Source: Rebecca billardiae RCC1528 (lineage: Eukaryota; Protista; Haptophyta). From it: 64,000 nucleotides of DNA. The notes beneath the pieces are model-generated. The model was not told the origin of the DNA. It saw nothing but the letters and a program-made list of their open reading frames with translations, and made no database searches. Shown here piece by piece: positions 50,768-62,864 of the stretch. The position numbers and the translations under genes are program-made. The stretch lies in assembly GCA_965240325.2 (NCBI GenBank), contig OZ251239.1, forward strand, positions 620,001 to 684,000. The letters run 5' to 3'. Positions within the stretch are counted from its first letter, which is position 1. Each line of letters starts with the position of its first letter.

Positions 50768-52372
50768 ATGCCAGCGCCGCGCTGGTCGGTGCCGCGGCTC
50801 GTGGCGCTGCTGTCGCTCGCGAGCGCGATGGCTGGCGGCGACGAGCGCGTCGCCATCTGCATCGTCGGCCAGATGCGCTCGACCCCGTTCGTGCTGTCCA
50901 ACTGGCGGCGCGGGCCGATCGGCGAGCTGCTCGTGCAAGACCGGCCTGTCGACTTCTTCGTCGTGACGTCGCTGTCCAACAGCTGGCACGCCTGGTCCGC
51001 GTGGACGGAGACGGTGCTCAGGCCCGTCGCGATGACGGTGGTGCGCTCGTACACGTTCAACAACTCGTCCGCCCCGACGCACGGCGTCAGTGGCCGCGCG
51101 GCCGCAGATAGCCGCGCGGCCGGGACTATAGCCGGCCACTTGCTCGTCAACGTGACCATCAGCCTCGCGCAGCTCAGGGCGGTGCCGCGGGAGAAAGCGG
51201 AGTCCACGCTGGTGCAGGCCTGGCAGAGCGCCGAGTGCCGCGCGCTCATCAGCCGGCACGAGGCCCGCCGCGCCGTGCGGTACGCAGCGGTCGGCCGGCT
51301 GCGCTCTGACCTCGTGCTCGGCACACACCTCTGGCCGACCAAATACAATGAGGCGGACCACATGGGCGGCTTCCGCCCCGTGGGGCGGAAGGTGCCGTGC
51401 TGCCTGCGCGCGGACGCCAGCTCGAGCCGCCGCTGCTGCGCGTCGAGGCTGTGCGTCGCGCCGGACAGTCCGGTCGATCCGTCGTGCGTGGAGCGCGTCG
51501 GCTTGGCGCACAGGCGGCGGTGCGCGCTCGAGCTCGCGAGCGGCCAGCCGTGGTTCGCGGGGGGCGAGAGCTTCGCGGTCGGCTCGAGGGAGCTGCTGAT
51601 GGGCTGGGCGCTCCCCGGCCCGCTCGCCGCGATGGGCTACGGCGAGCCCGCCAGCAACCCGCTCACGCACGCACTGAAGGTGTACGAGCATGTCATGTGC
51701 CGGGGCGAGGCGCCGTGCCTGCACGCGCGGCTCGGCCGCGCGGCGCAGCCGAGCGCGCCGTGCGGGGACGTGTGCCGCACGCCGCATCCGCCGTCGAACG
51801 GTAGCGCGGCGGCGGCGGAGCCGTTCCACCTCTGGGCGTGGGACGGCAGGTGCGACGTCCTGGCGAGCTCGCGCGCGCTGCGCACGTGCTTTGGCACGTA
51901 TGACTTCCTCCGCGCGCACGGCCCCCCGCTCTCCCTGTGGTACCTCGAGCAGGCGCCGAAGTCGTGCCGGTACAAAGTCCGGTTCGGCACGGCGTGCATG
52001 GCGCACGCGCACCGGCTCCTCTCCGTGGGGCAGCCGGGCGCGGCGCGGCGAGAGGGGTGCCCTGTGAATTTCACCGCCGTGCCGCACGCCGACTTTGTTC
52101 GGCAGGCGGGCGGCAGCCTCGTCGGAGACTTCCCGAGGAACAAGGGCGCCGGGTACGCGCAGCCGTCCTACAACGACGGGTTTGCGACGGCTGCGCCCAT
52201 CCCCGAGTGCGCGTACCCTTCACGGAATGCGTCGATGGCGGCGGGCGGGCCCGTACGCGTCTCGCAGCGCGAGGCGTTGAAGGGCACGCGCTACACTAGG
52301 CTACGGCGTGGACTGCGGGTCGCCCGCGGCGAGCCGATCCCTGGCTCTGGGGCGACAGGAAAAATGTTTTGA
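50768..52372 (+). CDS. Secreted glycosyltransferase-like protein
   Basis: Signal peptide; RVAICIVGQMRS, VDFFVV and Q...ECRALI..HE...RYAAVGRLRSDL, a motif set typical of algal/viral GT-like proteins. Function is inferred. Confidence 0.65.
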   Translation: MPAPRWSVPRLVALLSLASAMAGGDERVAICIVGQMRSTPFVLSNWRRGPIGELLVQDRPVDFFVVTSLSNSWHAWSAWTETVLRPVAMTVVRSYTFNNSSAPTHGVSGRAAADSRAAGTIAGHLLVNVTISLAQLRAVPREKAESTLVQAWQSAECRALISRHEARRAVRYAAVGRLRSDLVLGTHLWPTKYNEADHMGGFRPVGRKVPCCLRADASSSRRCCASRLCVAPDSPVDPSCVERVGLAHRRRCALELASGQPWFAGGESFAVGSRELLMGWALPGPLAAMGYGEPASNPLTHALKVYEHVMCRGEAPCLHARLGRAAQPSAPCGDVCRTPHPPSNGSAAAAEPFHLWAWDGRCDVLASSRALRTCFGTYDFLRAHGPPLSLWYLEQAPKSCRYKVRFGTACMAHAHRLLSVGQPGAARREGCPVNFTAVPHADFVRQAGGSLVGDFPRNKGAGYAQPSYNDGFATAAPIPECAYPSRNASMAAGGPVRVSQREALKGTRYTRLRRGLRVARGEPIPGSGATGKMF

Positions 52373-52584
52373 CGCGCGCTCGGCCGCTCGCGGGCGATTT
52401 TGATCGCGGGATATTTCCGCGGGCGGCGCGGAAATACAAAAGATGGCAGCGCGCGAAAAGACACGTCCCGCCGTTACGCTTCGGGGGACTGCGTGCGCCT
52501 ACTCGGCCGGTGCAGCGTTCCGGGTGCGCGGAGTGAAGCGGCGGGTGCGACCGGTTATTAGAAGAGCAGCGGCGCAGCACCACC

Positions 52585-55500
52585 ATGCCGCGCTGCAGCT
52601 GCGCGCAGTTTGCGCTGCGGGCAGCGGTGCTCGGCGCGCTGCTGGCGTGCGCGTCGGCGACAGAGCCGCCGCCCTTCCCGCCCCCGCCGCCGGCGCCGCC
52701 GCCGCCGCCCTCGCCCTCGCCACCCCCGAGTCCGCCGCCGCCGCCGCCATCGCCCCACCCGCCGCCACCACCGCCGTCGCCGCCGCCGTCGCCGCCCTCC
52801 CCACCATCTCCTCCTCCGATCCCGCCGGCGCCACCGAGCCCGCCGCCATCGCCGCCTTACCCGCCATCGCCGCCCAAGCCGCCGCCCACGCCGCCGCCCA
52901 CGCCGCCGCCCACGCCGCCGCCGTCGCCGCCGCCACCTCCGACGCCGCCGCCGCCGCCAAGCTCGCCACCGCCGCCCTCGCCCTCGCCGCCGCCGAGCCC
53001 GCCGCCGCCGCCAACGCCGCCCCCGCCACCCACGCCGCCATCGCCGCCGCCCTCCCCCTCTCCGCCACCCGCGCCCCCGTCGGCCCCACCCGCGCCGCCC
53101 AGCCCGCCATCGCCGCCATCGCCGCCGTCGCCGCCGCCGTCGCCGCCGCCGCCGCTTCCATTCGCACCGCCGCCGCCGTCGCCGCCCTTCTCGCCGCCGC
53201 CGCCGTCGCCGTCGCCGCCGCCGCCGTTCCCGCCGCCGCCTTCGTCGCCGCCCTCGCCGCCCTCGCCGCCCTCCCCGCCGCCCGCGCCGCCCTCGCCCGA
53301 GCCGCCCACGCCGCCATCGCCGCCGCCCTCGCCGCCCTCGCCGCCCAGCCCGCCCAGCCCGCCTGCGCCGCCGCCCGTGCCGCCCAACCCGCCGCCGTTC
53401 CCGCCGTTCCCGCCGCGACCGCCGCCGCCGTCGCCCTCGCCGCCGCCGCCCGCGCCGCCGCCCTCGCCGCCGCCGCCGCCGAGCCCGCCGCCGCCACCGC
53501 CGAGCCCTCCGTCGCCGCCACCCTCGCCGCCCAAGCCGCCGCCGATGCCACCCCGCCCGCCGCCGCCCTCGCCGCCGCCGCCCTCGCCCTCGCCGCCGCC
53601 AAACCCGCCGCCGCCGAGCCCGCCGCCGCCCTCGCCCTCGCCGCCGCCGCCGAGCCCGCCGCCACCGCGCCCACCGCCCTCGCCCGAGCCGCCGCCGCCG
53701 CCCTCGCCGCCGCCGCCATCGGAGCCGCCGCTGCCGCCGCCGAGCCCGCCTCCAGGCCCGCCGCCCTCGCCGCCGCCGAGCCCGCCGCCGAGCCCGCCGC
53801 CGCCGCCGCTGCCGCCACCCTCGCCGCCACCCGCACCACCGCCGCGCCCGCCGCCGAGCCCGCCGCCGAGCCCGCCGCCGGGTCCGCCGCCGAGCCCGCC
53901 GCCGAGCCCGCCGCCGAGCCCGCCGCCGGCCCCCCCGCCGAGCCCGCCGCCGAGCCCGCCGCCCGGCCCGCCGCCCGCGCCGCCGCCGAGCCCGCCGCCG
54001 AGCCCGCCGCCCGGCCCGCCGCCCGCGCCGCCGCCGAGCCCGCCGCCGAGCCCGCCGCCCGGCCCGCCGCCCGCGCCGCCGCCGAGCCCGCCGCCGCCCA
54101 CCTTCGACCCGAAGCCGCCACCCACGCCGCCCAGCCCGCCGCCGAGCCCGCCGCCGAGCCCGCCGCCCGTCTCGCCGCCGAGCCCGCCGCCGAGCCCGCC
54201 GCCCGGCCCGCCGCCCGCGCCGCCGCCCGGGCCCACGCCTCCGCCGCCCGCGCCGCCGCCGTCGCCGCCGCCATCGCCGCCGCCGCCGCTCTCGCCGCCC
54301 AGCCCGCCGCCGTCGCCGCCCGCGCCCGACCTCACCTCCCTCGTCGAGGACGCGCGCGCCCACCTGTACCTCACCTCGACCTCGCCCGGCCGCCCGGTGC
54401 CCGACTCGGCGACGGCGACGGGAGTGGAGCGCGGGGAGAGCTTTGGCTTCTTCCACGGCGGCACGCCCGGCTCAGGCGGCACGGTGGGCGGCGTTCTCGA
54501 GGGGTTCAGCGGCGCGGACGCGCGGCTCGCGCCGTCGGGCGGGGGCTCCACGTTCGCCCTCGGCCGCGAGCGCGCGGCGAGCGTGCGCGCGTGGGTGCGC
54601 ACCGCCACGCTCTACGCCGACCGCAGCGCCGCGCGCGTCGTGTACCAGCTTCGTGACGCGCAAGGCCGAACTAACTTGGACCGCAGCTCGCTGAGCGTGA
54701 GCCTCACGCTCGAGTCGTCCGCCGGCGACTCGAGCACGCTGAGCTGCGGCACGCCGGACCAGACGAGCGGCATCGGCGAGTGCTCGACCGCCGTCGCGTC
54801 CGACTGGTTCTCAGAGTCCGGGAGTCCGGTGCTGGACGTGACGGTGGACGCGCGATATGGCTCGGTGGCCGTGGCGAGCGCGGCGCTGCCGGCGGGCATC
54901 GCGCTCGCGCAGAGTCCGGCGCATTCCGCGCTCGCGCAGGCGGGCGTGCGCGTGGACTTCGCGCACTCGCCGCGCTTCCCGACGGACACGATCGTCGCGA
55001 GCGTCTCCGCGCACACCGGCGGCTTCGCTCTCAAGTCCTTCTCACTCAGCTTCGCCTACGACAGTGCCGTGCTGAGCCTGGCGGACGTCTCCGAGTCCTC
55101 GCTCTATCAGACGCCTGTCACGAGCTCGGACGCGGGCGCGGGCACGCTGGGCGTGCTGGTGTCCGCGGTCTCGGGCGGGACGAGCGACGGCGCGGTGACC
55201 GGTACCGACGTGCCGCTGCTCAGCATCACATTCACCGTCGACGGCTCGGCGGCGCCGGGCACGTACGACGCAGCGCTCAGCGCCGTTGCGAACCAGCTCG
55301 CCAACTCCGTCGGTTTTGAGTTTATCGTCGATCGACCGGCGCAGCTCGACGACGACCGCGGCGGCGCGCAGCCGAGCGCGCGGCTGGTCGTGGAGGCGAG
55401 CGCGCCCGTCGGGCTGATCGGGTACATCGGCGGCACGGGCGACGCCGTCCGCGTCAACCTCGCGCCGCTCTCCGGCGTCGACGACGAGGCGAGCGTCGGC

Positions 55501-58500
55501 GCGACGGTGCTCTACTCTCGCGCGGCCGACGCCCTGGCCGCCGCCTCGGCCGGGTCGGCATACAGCTGCGCGCTCGCGGACGGCGGCGCGGACGGCGGCG
55601 TGCTCAGCGTGAGCGCGGCGTGCGCGCTCACGGTCGGCGCGGCGCACACGCAGGGCGCGGCGGAGGCCCGCGTCGCGCTCACGCTCGCGGCCGACTCGGC
55701 CGTCACCGACACCGTGCCCGTGCGCGTGTGGTACCCGAGATCGGCGCGCGTCGACCTCGGCGCGTCGACGCTGCCGCCGATCGCCGGCGTCCGCCGCTCG
55801 GGCGCGTCCGAGTGCGCCGGCAGCGCCGCGGACGAGGCGATCGGGGACCTGGGCGCCGCGCACCGCCGCGCGCGCGCGCGCGTGCTCGCGGCCTTCAGCT
55901 ACGACAACACCGACGACGGCGCGGGCTCGAGCGCGGCGCTCGGGTTTGCTGACGGCCTGGTGGACGTGACGCGGCGCGTGAGCCTCGGCGTGGCCGACGG
56001 CGCCGTCGCCACGGTGAGCCAGGACGGCACGACCGGCGTGGCGTACGTGGCGGGCGCGATCGGCGCGGCGCCGGGCGCCGAGACGACCGTGCTCGTGAGC
56101 TCCGCGCCACAGCCGTCCTTCGCCACGCCCGCCACCGTCTCGGTGGGCGACGGCACCGCGCTGGCGGTCGTCTCGCTCGTCGGCGTCGCGCTCACCGGCG
56201 CTTCGTGGGTGACGGCGCCGCCCTCGAGCGTCGCGTACGCGGACACGGTGCAGAGCACGCTCGCGCTCGCGCAGCTGCTCGACGCGGAGGGCGACGCCGC
56301 CGCCGTCTTCGTCTGGGCGCGGCTCTCCGACGGCTCCTTCGAGCCCGTGCCGCATGCGGAGCTCGAGCTCGCGTCGACGACGACGTCTCTCGACGTGTCG
56401 CGCGGTGCGGGCGCGGACGACGCGTGGCACGCCACCGTCGCGATCAACGCCGTGGCGCAGTCGGGCGACGTGCTCACGACGGCGTGGCGCGCGTGCGGCG
56501 CGGGCGTCGCGGCGAACGGCACCGTGCCCATCGTGATCGACGTGCCCTCGCCCTCCGCCATCTCGCTCAGCTCGTCGCGCACGCGGCTCGCCGACCCGGC
56601 CGACGGTGCGTCGCAGCCGCCCGTCTCGATCGGCACGAGCGCGACGCTGAGCGTCTCGGTCGACTTCGACGACGGCACCAGCGTCGACTTCTCGGCGGAC
56701 GCGCGCGTGAACTACACGCTCGCGAGCGCCGACGGCTCGGCGGCGTGCGCGCAGATCTCCGGCCGCACGCTCTCGGTGCGCTCGGGCGCGGCGGCGGACG
56801 CCGGGTGCCCCGCCGAGCTGAGCGTGACGGCGAGCATTGCGGTCTACGGTATCTCGGACACGATCTCGATCCCGCTCGTCTCGGTGTCGGGCGTGGAGAT
56901 CGCGATCTCGCCGTACCCGGCGTACGCGGGCTCGGACGCGGTGGCCGTCACCGAGCTCAACCTCGTCGGCTGCACGTCCCACTACCAGCGCGCGGCGCTC
57001 AAGGCGACCGCGACGCTGAGCGATGCGAGCGTGGCCGTCGTGACCGCGCAGGCCTCGTTCGGCTCCTCGCTCACGGCGGTGGCGGCCACGTCGGGCGCGC
57101 AGCTGCGCCCGGCGTCCGCCGGCACGACCGACGTGAGCGCGACGTGGGAGGGCGTCAGCTCCGCGTCCGTCTCGGTGAGCGTCTCCGACGCGCCCGTGCA
57201 GCCGACCTCCCTCCAGCTTGAGCGCGCATCGGATGGCGCGACCGATTTTGGCCTGCTGGGCCTCGCCGGCTCCAGCGCGCAGCTCGGCGTGGACGTGAGC
57301 TTCGACGACGGCACGCGCTGGGCGGACGGCGCGGCGCTCGACTGGATCGGCGCCTCCGAGCTCTTCACCTTCGCCTCGGACGACCCGGCCGCGGTCGGCG
57401 TCGACGCATCCGGCTTGCTCACACTCGCCGACAACGCGCCCGAGGCTGCGAGCGTGAGCGCGTCTTGGCAGTGCGACCCAGGGCTGGTGCCCGTCTCCAC
57501 GGTGGCGGTCTCGCCGAACTTGCTGCCCGCGTTCCACGACGTCGACCTCGGCCGCACCTCCGGCCTGCAGTTCGTGCAGTCCGGCACAGAGCTCTCGATG
57601 GGCGTGCGCGTGAACGTTGGCTCCGAGCGTCTTGTCAACTTTCAGATTGAGATCTCGCTCGACGCCAGCCTGCTGCAGGCGAGCGCGTGCGCGCTGGCCG
57701 TGGACTGGGCGACGTGCACGATCAACGACCCGGTCACGCGCGTGCTGCTCGTCGGCGACAACACGGAGGCCACCGACTCCGGCTCGCAGCTCGCCATCGC
57801 CACCGTCACCTTCACCGTGCTCGGCGCCGGCGACGCTGGGTTTGCCGGCACCATCGTCGAGCTGCTGACTGTTGACGGCTCGGACGAGACGCGCACGCAG
57901 TCGGCCCCGATCGCGGCGGGCGCGGGCGTGGCGCGCGTGAGCGTCGCGCGCCGCGGCCTCGCCGCCGCCGCCGAGGGCGCCGCCGAGGGCGCGGCCTCGG
58001 CGGCGTGGCTGCGCGCGCGCGCGCGGCACGCGCTCGCCGCCGCGGAGGCGCGCGCGCGCGCGGCGCGCGACGCGCTGGCCGCGCGGCGGCGCGGCGCGCA
58101 CGCCGCGGCAGGCCGCGCGCTCCTCACAGGGCGCGCGCTCGCCGAGTGCGAGTGCCCCGAGGGCGTGTACGGTGACCTGAACGGCGACTGCGCCCTCACC
58201 TCCTTCGACATCCGCATCCTCTCCCTCGTCATCCTCGGCTCGGCCGCCGCGGACGCGGACACGAGCGGCTGGTGTGCGTGGCGGCTCGCTCAGCTCAACC
58301 CGACACTCGACGGCTCAGTGTCGGTGAACGACGCGGCGTATCTGCAGCTGGCGGTGGCGGGCAAGCGGCGCTTCGTCGGCAACTACTCGCTCGCGCCGGA
58401 GCCGCTCGACGGCGCGGTGGCGGGCGCGGAGCTCACGCTGCGCGTGGCCGTGTTCGACGAGGCCTCCGAGCCGGTCGACGGCGCCAAGACGGCCGTGCGC

Positions 58501-59862
58501 GCGGAGGTGGAGTATGTCGCGGCGGCGGGCTCGGGTCTCGAGCCCCTCGTCTCGCGCGGCGGGGTCGCGGCGGGCTCGCCCACGTCGGAGGGCAACTGGC
58601 TGCTCGCGGCGAGCGCGGAGAACGCGAGCAGCGCGGGCGAGTTCGGCGTGGCCTTCCGACCGGACACGCCCGACCGCCGCTGGCCCAACGCCTCCGCGGT
58701 GCGCGCCGCATTCATGATCGAGACGACAGACGCGCTGGGCGCGTCGGATACGGACCGGCAGTTCCCGTTCAAGGGCTCGACCGCGTCGCCGTACGGCGAG
58801 GGCGGCTTCAGCTTCGACGCGATCGTGCAGGCGGTCGTCACGCTGGGCGGCGAGGGGCTCAGCCCGCCGCGCCCGCCGCCGCCCGCGCCGCCGCCGCCGC
58901 CCACGCCGCCGCCGCCGCCGCCGCCCTTTGCCGGCACCCGCGTGCGCGCGGAGATCACGCTGCCTGCGAGCGCGCGCGGGCTGGCAGCCGAGGACGCCAA
59001 CGCGGACGCGATGCGCGCCACGTTCAGCGAGACCGTCGCGGGCGAGATCGGGATCGAGAGCCGGCTGGTCGGCGTCGACGAGGTGTGGCAGCGCGGCCGC
59101 GACGGCGACGTGGTCGCGAGCTGGGCGCCTACCGACGGGCGGCGCGCACTCGCCGAGGAGCGCCTCGTCCTCGGCTCCGTGGCTGTGGTGTTCACGGTCA
59201 CGCAGGAGCCCGCGTACAGCGGCACGGACATCGCGGTGCTGCTGAGCGACCCGGAGTTCCTCGAGCGGCTGATCGCCGCGCTGCAGGCGGCGCTCGGCCT
59301 CGACCTGTCCATCCCGGTCGCCATCGAGGAGCTGGTGGACGGTGTGCTCACCAACGTGACGGCCAACATCACCATCAACGTGACAGGCGTGAACACAGCG
59401 TCGGTTGCTGTTGGGGACGACGACGACGACAGCGGCGGCGGGGGCGGGGGCGGCGGCGGGGGCGGCGGCGGCGGTGGGAGCAGCGGCGGCGGGGGCGGCG
59501 GCGCCACGGACCCGCCCGCAGACGAGGGGCCGGTGATCCCGCTCCTGCTCATCATCATCATCATCGCCGTTGTCGGTGGTCTCTGCCTGCTGATTGCTCT
59601 CGTGTGCGTCGTGATGCGCTTCGTGGGGCGCAAGGGGCGGGCACAGGTGGGCGTGGAGGGCGGCGGCGCGGCGGGCGGCGAGGGCGGGGGCGGCGCCGAG
59701 CCGCCGCCCGTGCCGCCCGCCGGATCGCAGGGAGACGGAGGCGGCGCCGCTGCCGATGCGCAAGGGGGCGGCGACCCGACCGGCGCCGTCCAGGCGGGCG
59801 CCGGCGGCGTGTATGGCGGCGCGCCGCCGCCGCCGCCGCCGAGGCCGGAAGGCGGCGGCCCG

Positions 59863-59894
<32 letters not shown>

Positions 59895-60126
59895 GCAGGA
59901 GCCGGTGGCGGGCGAGCCCATCGCGCCGCGGCAGGATTTCCCACCCGGCCGGCAGCCGCGCACGCTCGCACCGCTCGCGCCGCTTGGTGCCTCGCCGTCG
60001 GCGCCGCCGCCGCCTCCCGGCGGTCCAGGCAGCCCGCCGCCGCCGGGCAGCCAGTCGCCGCTGCGGCCGATCGGCGCGGGCGTCGGCGGGACGGCGGCGC
60101 CACTGCCGCCGATCAATCACCCATAG
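52585..60126 (+). CDS. Giant type-I membrane protein: (SPPP)n extensin-like stalk, TMEM132-like cohesin/Ig region, second cohesin-like and dockerin-like modules, TM, Pro-rich tail
   Basis: Signal peptide; Pro/Ser tract at ~52665-54330. VNLAPLSG, VRVWYP..RVDLGASTLPPIAG, RARARVLAAF..DVT and FVWARLSDGS resemble TMEM132. YGDLNGDCALTSFD...NPTLDGSVSVNDAAYL is a dockerin-like pair. TM LLLIIIIIAVVGGLCLLIALVCVVM at ~59540-59615. Confidence 0.85.
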
Positions 60127-60701
60127 CCCGGGGACGCCATGGGCAGCGCCCGTGCTCTGTCAGCCAACCAGGCGGCTGCCCACAGCCGAGCCGGCCCGTT
60201 GGCAGCGCCGTCGGAGTGAGTCGGACTCGGGACTGTCATGCATGCGCGCGCAGGGCGCACACCCGAGGACACGGGCCCCAGTGGCAGTGCCCAACCAGTG
60301 CGGCAGTAGTGAGTGCGCACAGTCGGCTCAGCTGCTCGTCAGCACTTCATATCAGCAGCATCAGTCGTCGGTATTGTCCGCGGTCAGGATGGCGGCACAG
60401 GATGCGGAAGTGAGTGGCCCATATAACTCCGCGCCCGACCCGCCGCCGAGCCTCAGCCGCAGGCGCAGTGGCCCGGCGGGCCCGCCGGCCCGGGCACCGG
60501 CCACCGGGCAATAAGCCGCCCGGCAACATGCGCGCGCGCGGTCATATCTGATGACTGACGTACGGCCACGGTCCGCACGAGCCGACGGTCGGGAGTCCGA
60601 GCCGACAGTCCGTCCGCCAAAGTTACTGTCGCTACTGCATATCCATATCCACGATGGCGGACGACGCGACGAGCGATCGTGGGCAGCTGTAGAGTCGGCT
60701 C

Positions 60702-62174
60702 ATGGCGGGCGCGGCGCTGCTGCCGCTGCTTCTCGCGCCCCTCCCGTCGGCGCACGCGCCCGCGCTGCGCGGCGTGGACGCTTCCATCCACCCGGAGCTG
60801 CGGATTTACGTCTACGAGCCGTTTGGCAATTACACGGACATGATGGCGCTCGCGCGGCGGCACGCGCCGTGCCGCGAGTCGATGTTCGCGGCGGACTACC
60901 AGATCGTGCGCCGGCTGCTCGGCTCGCCGTACCGCACGCGCGTGGCGCCGCGCGCGCACTTCTTCGTCGTGCCGCTGCCGTACAAGTGCGTGCTCAGCCA
61001 GGAGATGGGCGGAGACATGCGCGGCGCGCTGGCCGTGCTGCGCGCCGCGCTCGCGCAGCTCGAGCGGCGGCGCGCGTGGCGCGAGGCGCCCGAGCGGCAC
61101 CTCTTCTTCTTCATGAGCGCGTCGGGCCCGACGCTCATCCCCGACCCGCCCGGCTGGCGCGGCCTCGGCGCGGGCTTTGCGCGCGCGATCAAGGTGAGCT
61201 GCGAGGGCGACCGCGAGGCACCCTACTTCCGGTACGGCCACGACATCACGGTGCCCGCGCACGTGCGCGAGGGCGCGGCGCGCGGCGGCGGTGCGGCGAG
61301 GGCAGCCGAGCCGGCGCGCGAGCGGCTGCTCGTCTTCCGCGGCAAGCTGCACCACAGCCTGAAGGACGCGTCCGGCCGCGCGGTGCGCGTGCGCAACGAG
61401 CTGCGCTCCGCGCTCCGGGCCGAGATGCAATCTGAACCGGATGTACTCATCTCGGAGCAGCGGCTCCTGGGCAAGGAGGCGGCCGGCTTCTTCTCCGAGC
61501 TGCGCACCGCGCACTTCTGCCTCGCGCCGCGCGGCAACGGGCCCTTCACCGGCCGGCTCTTCGACGCGCTCGCGCACGGGTGCGTGCCCGTCATTGTCGA
61601 CGACCCGATCCAACTGCCGTACGAGCGATTTGTTAATTGGGGGAATTTCTCGTTCAAGGTGGCGGAGCGGCGCGCGGTGGCGGGACTGGCTGGCGCGCTG
61701 CGCGACGTCGGCGGCGCGTCGCGGCGCGCGCTGCGCGCCGGCGTGCGGCGCTGGCGCGGCGCGTTCTCGTGGGCGCGCGGCGGCGGCGCGTTTGAGCTCT
61801 TCCTAATCGAGCTCAGTCTTCGGCTCAACTGCTCGCTCGGCGTGCCCGCGCGGCCCGCGCGGCCGGCGACGCTCAACTCGCCGCACCACTTCTGGCCGCC
61901 GCCGCGCGGCGCGCTCGTGTACGACCCGGGCGCGACCAAGCTCGGACCCACGTGGGAGGGCGGCTTGGCCACGCACCGCACCGCGCGCCGCCGCCTACTC
62001 GCACGACGAGACCGAGACCGAGTCGTCGCAGACGACATCGTCATCAGCAGCTCTGCTGCTGGTCGCAGCGTCGGCGGACGATTTTCGTCATCCGTGGCCC
62101 GCCTAGCAGGCAGAGAAATCACCGGCATGGATGATGAGGCGGCCGCCATCATGTGCCCACCGCCGCCTGAGTGA
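60702..62174 (+). CDS. Exostosin-family glycosyltransferase (GT47)
   Basis: LRIYVYE, AHFFVVP, RHLFFF, DITVP, LLVFRG, HFCLAPRG..TGRLFDALAHGCVPVIV and LPYERFVNW. Confidence 0.92.
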   Translation: MAGAALLPLLLAPLPSAHAPALRGVDASIHPELRIYVYEPFGNYTDMMALARRHAPCRESMFAADYQIVRRLLGSPYRTRVAPRAHFFVVPLPYKCVLSQEMGGDMRGALAVLRAALAQLERRRAWREAPERHLFFFMSASGPTLIPDPPGWRGLGAGFARAIKVSCEGDREAPYFRYGHDITVPAHVREGAARGGGAARAAEPARERLLVFRGKLHHSLKDASGRAVRVRNELRSALRAEMQSEPDVLISEQRLLGKEAAGFFSELRTAHFCLAPRGNGPFTGRLFDALAHGCVPVIVDDPIQLPYERFVNWGNFSFKVAERRAVAGLAGALRDVGGASRRALRAGVRRWRGAFSWARGGGAFELFLIELSLRLNCSLGVPARPARPATLNSPHHFWPPPRGALVYDPGATKLGPTWEGGLATHRTARRRLLARRDRDRVVADDIVISSSAAGRSVGGRFSSSVARLAGREITGMDDEAAAIMCPPPPE

Positions 62175-62223
62175 TCCCGGACCACTTACCGGTACAGTAC
62201 TCCGGCTTGTCATCCGGGCGACT

Positions 62224-62802
62224 CAGAGCGTTGCGCCAGCTGGACAAACGCGAAGGGACCCACCGTCCAGGATCCTTGGACTTGTGGAGGGCCCCGGCGA
62301 GACCTGCACTCGGATCGGGGCCCTCTCCCGCTGTGCCGCTTGCGGCGCACGCCTGACCGGTGCGGCGGGCGACGTGTGCGCACGCCGTGCAGCTCGCGGC
62401 GCGTGCGCGTTGGCTAGATGGCACACGTCTCCCGACGCACAAGTCGAATGACCGCAGCTGGGATGCCCTTTCGCGCCGCAAGGACGCTTGCGAGGCCGGT
62501 CGCGCGGCCGAGCGGCGTGGCCGTGCCGCCTGCACGCAGTGCGCCCATGGACTTGGCTTCGCCGCGCGCGCTGAGGCTGGCGAGCGTCACGGCCGAATTC
62601 TACGACGCGCGCGACGCGCCATCTGCCTGCTTCCTTGCCTCCGACGCACGTTTTCTGCGGGCAGCGGCGACTCGCCCGCCCATGCGGCGGCGAGCCGCCA
62701 TCCACCGCGCTTCGCCCTAAACAGAGCGCGGAACATTTCGTTTTGAAAAGCGCAGATCTGAAAAGACCGGAGGGCGTTTGTCCAGCTGGCGCAACGCCCC
62801 TG
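62224..62802. mobile_element. MITE-like element (24-bp inverted repeat core)
   Basis: GCGTTGCGCCAGCTGGACAAACGC (62228-62251) is the reverse complement of 62774-62797. No clear TSD. Confidence 0.55.
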
Positions 62803-62864
62803 ATCGCTCGGTGTCGCGGTGTTCATGAATTACTGTGAACGAGTAAATGAGTAAATCGGTTCAA

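Noticed and set aside
52443-54694. Long Ala-, Arg- and Gly-rich ORFs in alternative frames and strands
   Set aside because: These are shadows of the CCG-rich proline tract. The same applies to most overlapping ORFs in this GC-rich window.
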